Under the pieces are notes generated by a model. It had not been told where the DNA came from, did no database searches, and worked only from the letters and a program-made list of their open reading frames with translations. Below are positions 1-7,293 of a stretch of 11,345 nucleotides of DNA, piece after piece. Source of the stretch: a virus (Duplodnaviria > Heunggongvirae > Uroviricota > Caudoviricetes); the IMG/VR virus record IMGVR_UViG_2529293038_000029, one strand, 5' to 3'. Within the stretch, counting starts at the first letter, position 1. Each line of letters starts with the position of its first letter. A program made the position numbers and the translations under genes.

Positions 1-228
1 AGCGTGATCAGGTGTTTCATACTCCTGCCCAGTCTGTCCAGCTTCCAGACAACCAGCGTATCTCCTTCTGTATAGCGTTCTGATCAGTTTTTTCAATCCC
101 GGTCTGGCTGATTTCGTTCCGCTGATTTTATCTTCAAAAATCAGTTCACATCCTGCGCACTCCAGCGCGTTACGCTGCAATTCTGTATTCTGGTCATTTG
201 TTGATACGCGGACATAGCCAATAAGCAT
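1..228 (-). pseudogene. Inverted 5' fragment of a second serine-invertase gene copy; frameshifted and truncated by the window edge
   Basis: Minus-strand ATG at 228..226 corresponds to the invertase start at 2276. The sequence matches the first ~76 codons of the intact copy, but a 1-nt insertion near position 70 (tgtata versus tgata) breaks the frame. The copy continues beyond the left edge. Confidence 0.7.
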
Positions 229-284
229 GATGGATCCCCTGAATAAAAACCGGGGATGATGCCAGTTAGCCATAATCTCTGCAG

Positions 285-310
285 TTCTTGATTACGTTGG
301 TTTGGGAGAA
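285..310. other. Left hix/gix-like recombination site of the invertible segment
   Basis: Read on the minus strand it is TTCTCCCAAACC-AA-CGTAATCAAGAA: 12-bp half-sites around an AA core. The inner half is identical to the right site and resembles hix/gix half-sites (TTCTTGAAAACC). It encodes the VGLGE junction of the plus-strand tail-fibre frame. Confidence 0.6.
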
Positions 311-829
311 GGTGCTCCAGCTATTGGCGTTCCGTTCTTCTGGCCGTCCGCCGCAATGCCAAATACTGTAATCGACAGTTGGTCCAGTATGGTGTTTTTG
401 AAGTTCAACGGCGCGAAATTCTCTGCCACTGATTACCCTGTGCTGGCGAAAGTGTTTCCGGCGCTAGCATTACCTGACGCACGGGGTGATTTCATTCGTA
501 TCTGGGATGATGGGCGCGGGATTGATGTCGGACGTACCCTACTTTCAGGGCAATCACACACAATTATGGATCATGCACACAATATGGAATTGTGGACGGG
601 GGGCGGGCTTGCTGCAGGAAGTGCACGGGAAGGAGTAACCCCAGGAATACTGGCTACATATGGTGACGGGGGAATAGTTAAAACGGACGAACCCGGTCTT
701 AAGGTGCCTTCCTCACTACGAGCTCTTAGCTCTCGTAGTGTTAAACGTTATGGTGAAATTAGTGGACATGTAGGTACAGAAACCCGTCCACGAAATATTG
801 CATTTAACTTTCTGGTGAGGGCTAAATAA
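302..829 (+). CDS. Tail-fibre C-terminal variable (receptor-binding) cassette; no constant N-terminal part in frame upstream
   Basis: Carries the phage tail-collar pattern (PFFWP, YP.L...FP....LPD.RG.F.R..D.GRG.D..R..GS.Q.H.H.H) and ends ...PRNIAFNFLVRAK like other tail-fibre tips. The frame is open from 260 across the recombination site but is stopped by TGA at 257..259; there is no ATG, so the track start at 302 is a TTG. Its stop overlaps the next start (TAATG). Confidence 0.7.
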   Translation: MGEGAPAIGVPFFWPSAAMPNTVIDSWSSMVFLKFNGAKFSATDYPVLAKVFPALALPDARGDFIRIWDDGRGIDVGRTLLSGQSHTIMDHAHNMELWTGGGLAAGSAREGVTPGILATYGDGGIVKTDEPGLKVPSSLRALSSRSVKRYGEISGHVGTETRPRNIAFNFLVRAK

Positions 830-1422
830 TGAAACCTGTTTTTGATGAAAATGGGCTGACTACAGTGCCGGGCGATATGCGTTGTTTTTATTATAATGCA
901 GTAACGTATGAATATACCGGCTGGTCTGATGAATATATTAATACTGGCGTAAGTATACCCGCCTGTTCCACTGGTATTGACCCGGGCGAAAACATTCCGG
1001 GAAAAGTGGCAGTATTTACGGGTAAGGGATGGAGCCATGAAGAAGACCATCGCAATGAGACCGTTTACTCAACTGAAAATGGCGCAGCTGTTACAGTGGA
1101 TTATATCGGTGCCATCAAAGACGGTTATGTCACGCTTTCACCGTTAACGCCATACGATAAATGGGATGGTGAGAAATGGGTGACGGATACCGAGGCACAG
1201 CATAGCGCCGCAGTAGAAGCGGCAGAAGCACAGCGCCAGTCGCTGATTGATGCAGCAATGGCTTCCATCAGTCTGATTCAACTGAAATTACAGGCTGAGC
1301 GGAAGCTGACGCAGCCAGAAAACACCCGACTTAACACTGTGCTGGATTACATTGACGCGGTGACGGCAACAGATACCAGCACAGCGCCGGACGTCATCTG
1401 GCCTGAACTGCCGGAGGCGTAG
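829..1422 (+). CDS. Tail-fibre assembly protein (Tfa, P2 G / Mu U-like)
   Basis: 197 aa, directly downstream of and translationally coupled to the fibre cassette. Has the conserved Tfa C-terminus (...TAPDVIWPELPEA). Confidence 0.8.
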   Translation: MKPVFDENGLTTVPGDMRCFYYNAVTYEYTGWSDEYINTGVSIPACSTGIDPGENIPGKVAVFTGKGWSHEEDHRNETVYSTENGAAVTVDYIGAIKDGYVTLSPLTPYDKWDGEKWVTDTEAQHSAAVEAAEAQRQSLIDAAMASISLIQLKLQAERKLTQPENTRLNTVLDYIDAVTATDTSTAPDVIWPELPEA

Positions 1423-1834
1423 GCCATTCAATATCTGGCGCACCGGAAGTATCGACCAGTTCCAGTGCGTCCAGATAATCCAGCCACAAATTATATTGCG
1501 CCAGTTCCTCACCTTTCAGCCGGCCAATAGCCGCTTTACCAGGCCATTGTTTACTGTTCATATAATCGTTGGCCTGATTAATCAGTTGCTGCTTTTCCAG
1601 TTCGGCTGCAGCAATCTGTTCCTCATGTGTTGGTGGTGGAATTTCAGACCATGCAGGAAAACCATTTTCTCCAGCGATACGGATTTTTCCTTTCGGCGGT
1701 AATCCGGAAAACTCAATATACACTTGCTCATCAACTTCAACAGCATCATCTGGCCATGAGTCAGCTTGAGTGTAATCCTCTTTCATCTCCAGCGGATAGA
1801 AAGAGTTTGTAGTCGCGGAATATATGTAATTCAT
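1394..1834 (-). CDS. Alternate tail-fibre assembly protein (Tfa', Mu U'-like)
   Basis: 146 aa with N-terminus MNYIYSATTNSFYP and C-terminus ...SGAPDIEWPTPPA, typical of the Tfa family. GGAG Shine-Dalgarno 7 nt upstream of the ATG at 1834. Convergent with, and overlapping, the plus-strand Tfa by 29 nt. Confidence 0.8.
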   Translation of the reverse strand: MNYIYSATTNSFYPLEMKEDYTQADSWPDDAVEVDEQVYIEFSGLPPKGKIRIAGENGFPAWSEIPPPTHEEQIAAAELEKQQLINQANDYMNSKQWPGKAAIGRLKGEELAQYNLWLDYLDALELVDTSGAPDIEWPTPPAVQAR

Positions 1835-1855
1835 TTTTCACTCCATATAGCTAAA

Positions 1856-2248
1856 TTAACAGCCTAACGCTAAAAATGAAGCGCCGAGGCCAGGAGTACT
1901 GGCTCTGGATATAAATTTAACCGGGTCGGGACTAAAACCTGCACAGGCAATATAACCAACAGACCCGCTATCTGGTGTGTAGTCTTGTGAAACCAAAACA
2001 CGCAGACATCTGTTTGGAAATGCAATCGGGAAATGGGTTACTACATCCTGTGCAATGCCTGGTGCGCCGATTGAGCCCCACTGAAGAATAAAACCTGATG
2101 GTAATTTTTGATATCCAGTACCTGAAACAGAAAGCGTGAAGCTACCCATATCAGGTATCTGATTCGTCCCTGTCCCCACATTCTTTTTTGCCGCTTCTCC
2201 CAAACCAACGTTTAAGAAAATGCAGAGATTATGGCTAACTGGCATCAT
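1856..2248 (-). CDS. Alternate tail-fibre C-terminal variable cassette (Sv'-like), promoterless in this configuration
   Basis: Minus-strand ORF immediately upstream of Tfa', reading through the right recombination site (encodes NVGLGE). Its apparent N-terminus (to 2248) is antisense to the invertase leader and is probably not a real start. I do not recognise the domain. Confidence 0.55.
   Translation of the reverse strand: MMPVSHNLCIFLNVGLGEAAKKNVGTGTNQIPDMGSFTLSVSGTGYQKLPSGFILQWGSIGAPGIAQDVVTHFPIAFPNRCLRVLVSQDYTPDSGSVGYIACAGFSPDPVKFISRASTPGLGASFLALGC
2195..2220. other. Right hix/gix-like recombination site of the invertible segment
   Basis: TTCTCCCAAACC-AA-CGTTTAAGAAAA: imperfect dyad, 12 + 2 + 12 bp with an AA core, close to hixL (TTCTTGAAAACC AA GGTTTTTGATAA). 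Lies just upstream of the invertase gene. Confidence 0.65.
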
Positions 2249-2502
2249 CCCCGGTTTTTATTCAGGGGATCCATCATGCTTATTGGCTATGTCCGCGTAT
2301 CAACAAATGACCAGAATACAGAATTGCAGCGTAACGCGCTGGAGTGCGCAGGATGTGAACTGATTTTTGAAGATAAAATCAGCGGAACGAAATCAGCCAG
2401 ACCGGGATTGAAAAAACTGATCAGAACGCTATCAGAAGGAGATACGCTGGTTGTCTGGAAGCTGGACAGACTGGGCAGAAGTATGAAACACCTGATCACG
2501 CT
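2195..2502. repeat. Right arm of the long inverted repeat (recombination site, invertase leader and first ~76 codons)
   Basis: Reverse-complement identity with 1..310 as described for the left arm. Confidence 0.85.
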
Positions 2503-2875
2503 TATTGAGGAATTGCGGGAAAAAGGTGTTAATTTCCGTAGTCTGACGGACAGCATTGACACATCAACACCCATGGGGCGTTTCTTTTTTCACGTCATGG
2601 GGGCTTTAGCCGAAATGGAACGTGAATTAATTGTAGAGCGTACACTGGCCGGGCTGGCAGCAGCACGCGCACAAGGACGCATTGGCGGACGTCGCCCGAA
2701 GTTGACAAAAGAACAACACGAGCAAATAGCGAGGCTGATTAAAAACGGTCATGACAGGAAACAACTGGCGATCATTTACGACATCGGCATATCGACGATT
2801 TATCGTTATCACCCTGTAGGCGATATACAGGCTGAAGAAACAACCAGGCAGACTCAGGAAAATGAAAACCGCTAA
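2276..2875 (+). CDS. Site-specific DNA invertase, serine recombinase of the Gin/Hin/Pin/Cin (Din) family
   Basis: MLIGYVRVSTNDQ N-terminus with the catalytic serine in the VRVSTNDQ motif, a resolvase-type catalytic domain (GDTLVVWKLDRLGRS) and a C-terminal helix-turn-helix (RKQLAIIYDIGISTIYRY). Start taken at the ATG at 2276, which has an AGGGGA Shine-Dalgarno; the track ORF starts upstream at 2231. Product is 199 aa. Confidence 0.9.
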   Translation: MLIGYVRVSTNDQNTELQRNALECAGCELIFEDKISGTKSARPGLKKLIRTLSEGDTLVVWKLDRLGRSMKHLITLIEELREKGVNFRSLTDSIDTSTPMGRFFFHVMGALAEMERELIVERTLAGLAAARAQGRIGGRRPKLTKEQHEQIARLIKNGHDRKQLAIIYDIGISTIYRYHPVGDIQAEETTRQTQENENR

Positions 2876-2894
2876 TCTGACCATTAGCGGTTTT
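2866..2894. terminator. Bidirectional intrinsic terminator between the convergent invertase and U genes
   Basis: Perfect hairpin AAAACCGCTAAT-ctgacc-ATTAGCGGTTTT, with a T-tract on the plus strand and an A-tract (T-tract on the minus strand) on the other side. Overlaps the invertase stop codon (2873..2875). Confidence 0.6.
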
Positions 2895-2901
2895 GCGTTA
2901 A

Positions 2902-3396
2902 TCAAAACAGCCCTTTAACGGAGCTGGCCGCGCTGTTAAGGGATGATGTGACCTTATCTTTGAAGCCGGACAGCATATCACTGAACGATGAGGATTGCAG
3001 GCGCTCCCGCAAATCCTCATCACAGCGTTCAAGGGTCAGTGAAAATTCTATCTTTTTCGCCTTACCGTAGCGATCAAACTCGGAACGGGTCGTATTCGTT
3101 CCAGTCAGGACATACATGCCGTAAATCTGCCCGACGCCATCAATCAAAGGCCAGGGTCGTCCTGTATAAGCCTGCGTGGTCAGCAGCGACAGCGACACTT
3201 CGCCACCTGTAATTTCAGGATAAAGCACACCAGAAAGAACGATGCGATCATCACCTGCACCGATATACTGCCAGCTTGCTGAACGGTTAATGCGTTCATT
3301 TTTCACATGCCGCCAGCTTTTGTTTTGCTGTAACTGCTGATGCGGCAGCGTGCGCAGCTCAAAAACAAACATGCCGTAGATCATCATCATGGCCAT
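2902..3396 (-). CDS. U: Tail protein U (P2 gpU-like)
   Basis: 164 aa; the motif ...SWRH..NERINRSASWQY.G.....LSGV.YPEITGGE... matches P2 gpU. Immediately downstream of the tape measure gene. Confidence 0.8.
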   Translation of the reverse strand: MAMMMIYGMFVFELRTLPHQQLQQNKSWRHVKNERINRSASWQYIGAGDDRIVLSGVLYPEITGGEVSLSLLTTQAYTGRPWPLIDGVGQIYGMYVLTGTNTTRSEFDRYGKAKKIEFSLTLERCDEDLRERLQSSSFSDMLSGFKDKVTSSLNSAASSVKGLF

Positions 3397-3402
3397 GACT
3401 CC

Positions 3403-6246
3403 TCAATCTTTATCGTAAAAACTGCCACGCCCGGCACGGGCGCGCCGTTCCATTTCTGCCCTGACCATTTCACCGACCAGTTTCGCCAGTTCGCGGGGAT
3501 TCTGCGTAACAACGTTATGCAGATGAACATGAATTTCACCACCAAATTCGGAGGCAACAGGCTCCCGGTTACGGGAAGTTACAGGAACTGATGCCACTGG
3601 AGATCGTATAGCCTCCGCCACCGGGCGGGAGCTGGCCGCAACAACAGTGACCAGCGCCGGAGGCAGCGGAGCCGGAACCACAGGTGTGATATTAATTGCG
3701 GGGGCAGGCTTACTGACCTGCGCAATCTTCCGCTCCTGCCACTCCCCACGAACAGCAAGTGCCCGGGGCAGGTTTTTAAAGACAATATCGCCGGGGCCAA
3801 TGCGTTTTTTCGTCTCCTCAACCAGCTTACCTGTGTTATCAGCAATTTTGCTGAGTCTGCGCAGCGTACCGGTATTGCTGTCTGTGAGCGGTTTATTGTC
3901 TTTGGGGTTATCACCTCCGGTGCCATTGCCATTTTCCACAGGCTTCGGCGGATTGATTTTCGCCAGGTCCCCCTGAAGCAAGGCAACCTTGTCCTGAAGA
4001 ATGGCCGCACGCTGTGCGTCTTCGATTTTCTTGCGCGCCCTTTCCGCTTCATCCGGAAGCACACCAAGCTTTTCAAGTATCCACGCCAGCGTATCCAGCA
4101 ACATTTTTGCAGGTGTCAGAACAAGTTGTAACGCACCGCCAAGAACGTTACCGAATATCTCGCCAGCACTGGTACATTTATCCAGAGTTTCCTTGCTGGA
4201 CTCCATCGGTGACAGCAGCGATTTAAACCAGTTAAACACCTGGCTTATCCCGCTTCCGATTGCGTCAAAAACAGGACCAAACCGTTCAAAGGTTTCGCGC
4301 AACGGGGCCAGCCGCTCCATAATCCCACTGAACACCCCGGCAAAAAATGCCCTGATTGGGTCCCAGTATTTCCAGATAAGAATGGCAGCTCCGGCAAGCG
4401 CAGCCACGATAAGACCAACCGGACTGAACAGCGCCCCGATAGCGCCCCCCAGTAACGAAACGGAACCCGTCACCATTCCCCATAGTGCTGGCAGAACCCT
4501 GACAGCATTCATTGATCCGGTCAGGAGGGAAAAACCAAGACGCAGTTTTGCCAGCGGGCCAGCAAGCACACCAATAGCCAGCGACAACGAGCCAACCGTT
4601 GCAGTCATTGCCAGCAGTGCACCGCCTGCAATCAGTAGCTGGCGCGTCAGTGCGGGATGGGCCTGCGCCAGCGCCGTCACCTTTGATACCACACGCGTGA
4701 GCCACTGCGTGACAGAACGCAGCGGACCGTCAATCAGATCTGCAATGCGGATGCGCAACCCTTCCCATGCACTGCTGAGTGATTTCAGATCGCCGTCAAG
4801 GTTGTTGGCCATAACCTTTGCCGTGCGTTCAGCCTCACCGCGCGCGCCTTCAAGTTCTTTTCTCAGTTTGGGTAAGGAGCCGTCACCTGCCGCATCAACG
4901 AGGGCCATAAATGATGTGAAAGCCTCTTCTCCGGCAATGTCCTTAAAGAACGATACCCGGTCAACTTCCCCGTATTTGCGGGTAGCTTTATAAAGGTCAG
5001 CCAGCACATCCTCCATCGGGCGCATTTTGCCCCCGGCATCCGAGACAGACACGCCAAGCTCTTTCAGCGCCTCTGCTGCCGCCTTTGGCGGTGATGCCAG
5101 ACGAGCCAGGCTGGCACGCATTGCCGTACCAGCATCACTCCCCCTGATACCCATATTCGCCAGCACGCCCGCCATCGCTGCGGCCTGCTCCAGCGATATT
5201 CCCAGCTTACCCGCCACCGGACCTGCATATTTCATGGTTTCACCCAGTGCGCGAAGGTCAGTGTTGGTACGGGTAAACGCTGCGGTGAGTGTGTCGCCGA
5301 CCCGGTCCATCTGGTCAGCAGAAAGACCGAACTGCGTCAGAATATTTGAGCCAATATCCGCCGTCTCACCGAGGTCCATACCGCCAGCCGTTGCCATGCT
5401 CAGTACGCCAGGGAGCGCAGCCTGAATGGCCTGTGGTGTGAAGCCAGCCATTGCAAGAAATGCCTGCCCACTGGCGGCATCGCCTGCGGTGAACTGCGTT
5501 TCAGAGCCAAGTTTTAACGCCTGCTCACGCAGCGCCTTAAACTGCGGGCTGTTTTTGTCGATTCGCGTCAGTGCCTGAACGCGGGACATCTCTTTCCCGA
5601 ACCCGATCGCAGGCTGCAAAAAACGCCCGGCAGCATAGCCGCCCGCCGCTGCCGCACCAATTGCCAGCGCACCACCTGTTTTCAGTTTTCCCGCTGTTTC
5701 CTGCGCGCGCGAATACCGCTCACGCGCCTGCGTTACACGCGCAAGCGCCTGCCGTTCGCGTTCAAGCTGGTTGTTGTACTGTTCGGTGCGTCTGATGGCC
5801 TGCTGGATGGTGTTATCGCTGCCTGTCAGGGAAATGCCGTGGCGTTTCAGCTCTCCGCCAATCTCCCGCATTTTCTGAATTTCCCGTGTGCGCGATTCAT
5901 TCAGGCGTTCAAGCCGGGTGCTTAACTGCTGCATCAGCTTTTGTTGTTTTTCGCTGAGCACTGTACCCGTGCGTTGTAACTGATTAAGGGCGTTAAGCTG
6001 GCGTCGTGCTTTCACGATACCCGCATCCGCTTTACTGACAGCGTCGCGGGCGCGCTCAAATGAACGCGCCTGACGCTCGAGATTTTTGATCGCCCCCTGC
6101 GTTCGCTGGATGGAGTCACCAAACTGCCCCATCAGGCGGCGGGCGTTTTCGGCAGGCCGGGTCAGCCTGTCAACGGCGCTGAAAGCGACCCGGATATCAA
6201 GAGTCTTCATTGTCTGCATTCCCGCTGCGAAGTGCCGCCCGCTCAC
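3403..6246 (-). CDS. T: Tail tape measure protein (P2 gpT-like)
   Basis: 947 aa with a coiled-coil N-terminus, a central glycine/alanine-rich hydrophobic region and tape-measure core motifs. Sits between E/E' and U. The start is uncertain: GTG at 6246, or ATG at 6219 or 6210. Confidence 0.85.
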   Translation of the reverse strand: MSGRHFAAGMQTMKTLDIRVAFSAVDRLTRPAENARRLMGQFGDSIQRTQGAIKNLERQARSFERARDAVSKADAGIVKARRQLNALNQLQRTGTVLSEKQQKLMQQLSTRLERLNESRTREIQKMREIGGELKRHGISLTGSDNTIQQAIRRTEQYNNQLERERQALARVTQARERYSRAQETAGKLKTGGALAIGAAAAGGYAAGRFLQPAIGFGKEMSRVQALTRIDKNSPQFKALREQALKLGSETQFTAGDAASGQAFLAMAGFTPQAIQAALPGVLSMATAGGMDLGETADIGSNILTQFGLSADQMDRVGDTLTAAFTRTNTDLRALGETMKYAGPVAGKLGISLEQAAAMAGVLANMGIRGSDAGTAMRASLARLASPPKAAAEALKELGVSVSDAGGKMRPMEDVLADLYKATRKYGEVDRVSFFKDIAGEEAFTSFMALVDAAGDGSLPKLRKELEGARGEAERTAKVMANNLDGDLKSLSSAWEGLRIRIADLIDGPLRSVTQWLTRVVSKVTALAQAHPALTRQLLIAGGALLAMTATVGSLSLAIGVLAGPLAKLRLGFSLLTGSMNAVRVLPALWGMVTGSVSLLGGAIGALFSPVGLIVAALAGAAILIWKYWDPIRAFFAGVFSGIMERLAPLRETFERFGPVFDAIGSGISQVFNWFKSLLSPMESSKETLDKCTSAGEIFGNVLGGALQLVLTPAKMLLDTLAWILEKLGVLPDEAERARKKIEDAQRAAILQDKVALLQGDLAKINPPKPVENGNGTGGDNPKDNKPLTDSNTGTLRRLSKIADNTGKLVEETKKRIGPGDIVFKNLPRALAVRGEWQERKIAQVSKPAPAINITPVVPAPLPPALVTVVAASSRPVAEAIRSPVASVPVTSRNREPVASEFGGEIHVHLHNVVTQNPRELAKLVGEMVRAEMERRARAGRGSFYDKD

Positions 6247-6726
6247 GCCAGCTAACCACTTCGCCGGGCGTCATCATGAAGATTTCGGCGGGCGACCAGT
6301 TAAAAATAACGGCAATATCTGCCACAAAGTCTTCTATGTGCTCAAAGCACACAACCGTGATCAGGCTTCCGTCGCCTGTTCGTTCTTCCCGCCAGAGTCC
6401 GCACCGCTCAAAAAATTTACGGCAACCACACATAACTGAATAAAGTCACGGGATGCCATTTTTTTGATCGTCACTTCATCCAGTCGCGGTGATGTCACGC
6501 GTGACAGCAGCGTAAACATGGATTCCGCTTTCAGATTCAGCACATCAGACAGCGACAAATCTCGCAGAGATCCAGCCTGCTCAATAGCCCCGGTGATCTC
6601 CACATACGTGATTTTTTCGCCGCCTCGCTCAATTGGTTGGGTAAGTTTTACGCCACGCTCACTGGTTTCTTTCACAGTGTCAGCAACTACCGTGTTTTCG
6701 GTATCGATGTTTTTCGTCTCTTTCAT
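6197..6726 (-). CDS. E+E' fusion chaperone, made by a programmed -1 ribosomal frameshift
   Basis: The -1 frame after the slippery site stays open to the stop at 6197..6199 and overlaps the start of T, as in P2 E/E'. Predicted fusion is about 176 aa. Confidence 0.6.
6361..6726 (-). CDS. E: Tail assembly chaperone E (P2 gpE-like), zero-frame product
   Basis: 121-aa ORF between FII and T, with a GGAG Shine-Dalgarno upstream of the ATG at 6726. Contains the slippery heptamer T_TTT_TTG spanning codons 104-106. Confidence 0.7.
   Translation of the reverse strand: MKETKNIDTENTVVADTVKETSERGVKLTQPIERGGEKITYVEITGAIEQAGSLRDLSLSDVLNLKAESMFTLLSRVTSPRLDEVTIKKMASRDFIQLCVVAVNFLSGADSGGKNEQATEA
6409..6415 (-). 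other. Programmed -1 frameshift slippery heptamer TTTTTTG (E to E+E')
   Basis: Plus strand reads CAAAAAA at 6409..6415, which is T TTT TTG on the coding strand in the correct register (AAT TTT TTG). Identical to the P2 E/E' shift site. Confidence 0.7.
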
Positions 6727-6780
6727 CAGGAAACTCCTTTCAGTCAGAGGCGACGCACTGCGCCGCCTGCATATTACTTA

Positions 6781-7293
6781 TCAGCCAAGCCCAAGCGCGG
6801 AACGGATGCGATCGGGCACAATGTCCTTGCCGTCCTTCCGGTAAATGAAGTTCAGCAGGTCAATCTCCCACAGCGGGCGATCGTTAACGCTCAGCTTGTA
6901 GTAGGTGTTTTTAATGGCGTAAGAGTGTGATGTGGCTTCGCCCTGTTTGGCTTCCCCCATATCAATTTCCGTCACACGTCCGCGCATTTCGACTTCATAC
7001 AGGTCGCTTTCTGCATCGGTGTAGTATTCACCCGCAAAACGCAGCAGCGTGCCGTCAATCGTGCCGCCATACTTAAGGAACAGCTCACGAACTGCGCCCC
7101 CCATGACAAAGCTCGCATCAAGCGCGGAGTCGTCCAGACCGAGATCAATACTTACCGCACCCATCATGCCACCACCCCGGTAGCTGTCGGTTTTGCGCGT
7201 CAGCTTAGGCAGAGTGACGGACGTCACCTTACCCACTTCGTTTTCACCATCCACAAACAGCGTAAAAAAGCGAAGATGTTTTGGCACAGCCAT
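6781..7293 (-). CDS. FII: Major tail tube protein (P2 gpFII-like)
   Basis: 170 aa; motifs VTLPKLTRK..YRG.GM.G, DLGLDD, RFAG.Y, MRGR..EID.GE.KQGE match P2 FII. GGGAGG Shine-Dalgarno; the start overlaps the FI stop (TGATG). Confidence 0.88.
   Translation of the reverse strand: MAVPKHLRFFTLFVDGENEVGKVTSVTLPKLTRKTDSYRGGGMMGAVSIDLGLDDSALDASFVMGGAVRELFLKYGGTIDGTLLRFAGEYYTDAESDLYEVEMRGRVTEIDMGEAKQGEATSHSYAIKNTYYKLSVNDRPLWEIDLLNFIYRKDGKDIVPDRIRSALGLG

Larger units (their letters stand above)
1..310. repeat. Left arm of a long inverted repeat; its partner is 2195..2502
   Basis: The reverse complement of 1..283 aligns base-for-base with 2221..2502, with 2 differences by eye (one substitution near position 24, one extra T near position 70). 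The arms diverge only over the outer half of the recombination site (284..296 versus 2209..2220) and match again over the inner half-site. Confidence 0.85.

Noticed and set aside
1288-1702. Short ORFs 1288..1512 (-), 1496..1702 (+) and 1627..1812 (+)
   Set aside because: They overlap the two tail-fibre assembly genes in alternative frames or antisense. The Tfa calls have conserved terminal motifs and ribosome-binding sites.
2287-2574. 95-aa minus-strand ORF
   Set aside because: Antisense to the well-supported invertase gene. The same antisense frame appears in the left repeat arm at the window start, which is how the inverted duplication was noticed.
4001-4993. 330-aa plus-strand ORF, with other overlapping ORFs (3579..4076, 3647..3976, 4014..4226, 4286..4705, 4863..5057, 5027..5425, 5571..5795)
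   Set aside because: All lie inside, and mostly antisense to, the GC-rich tape measure gene. Their Ala/Ser/Pro/Arg-rich low-complexity translations are typical of spurious frames in high-GC coding DNA, with no start signals.
6197-6433. 78-aa minus-strand ORF listed as a separate gene
   Set aside because: Not an independent gene. It is the -1 frame E' extension reached by frameshifting from E at 6409..6415.
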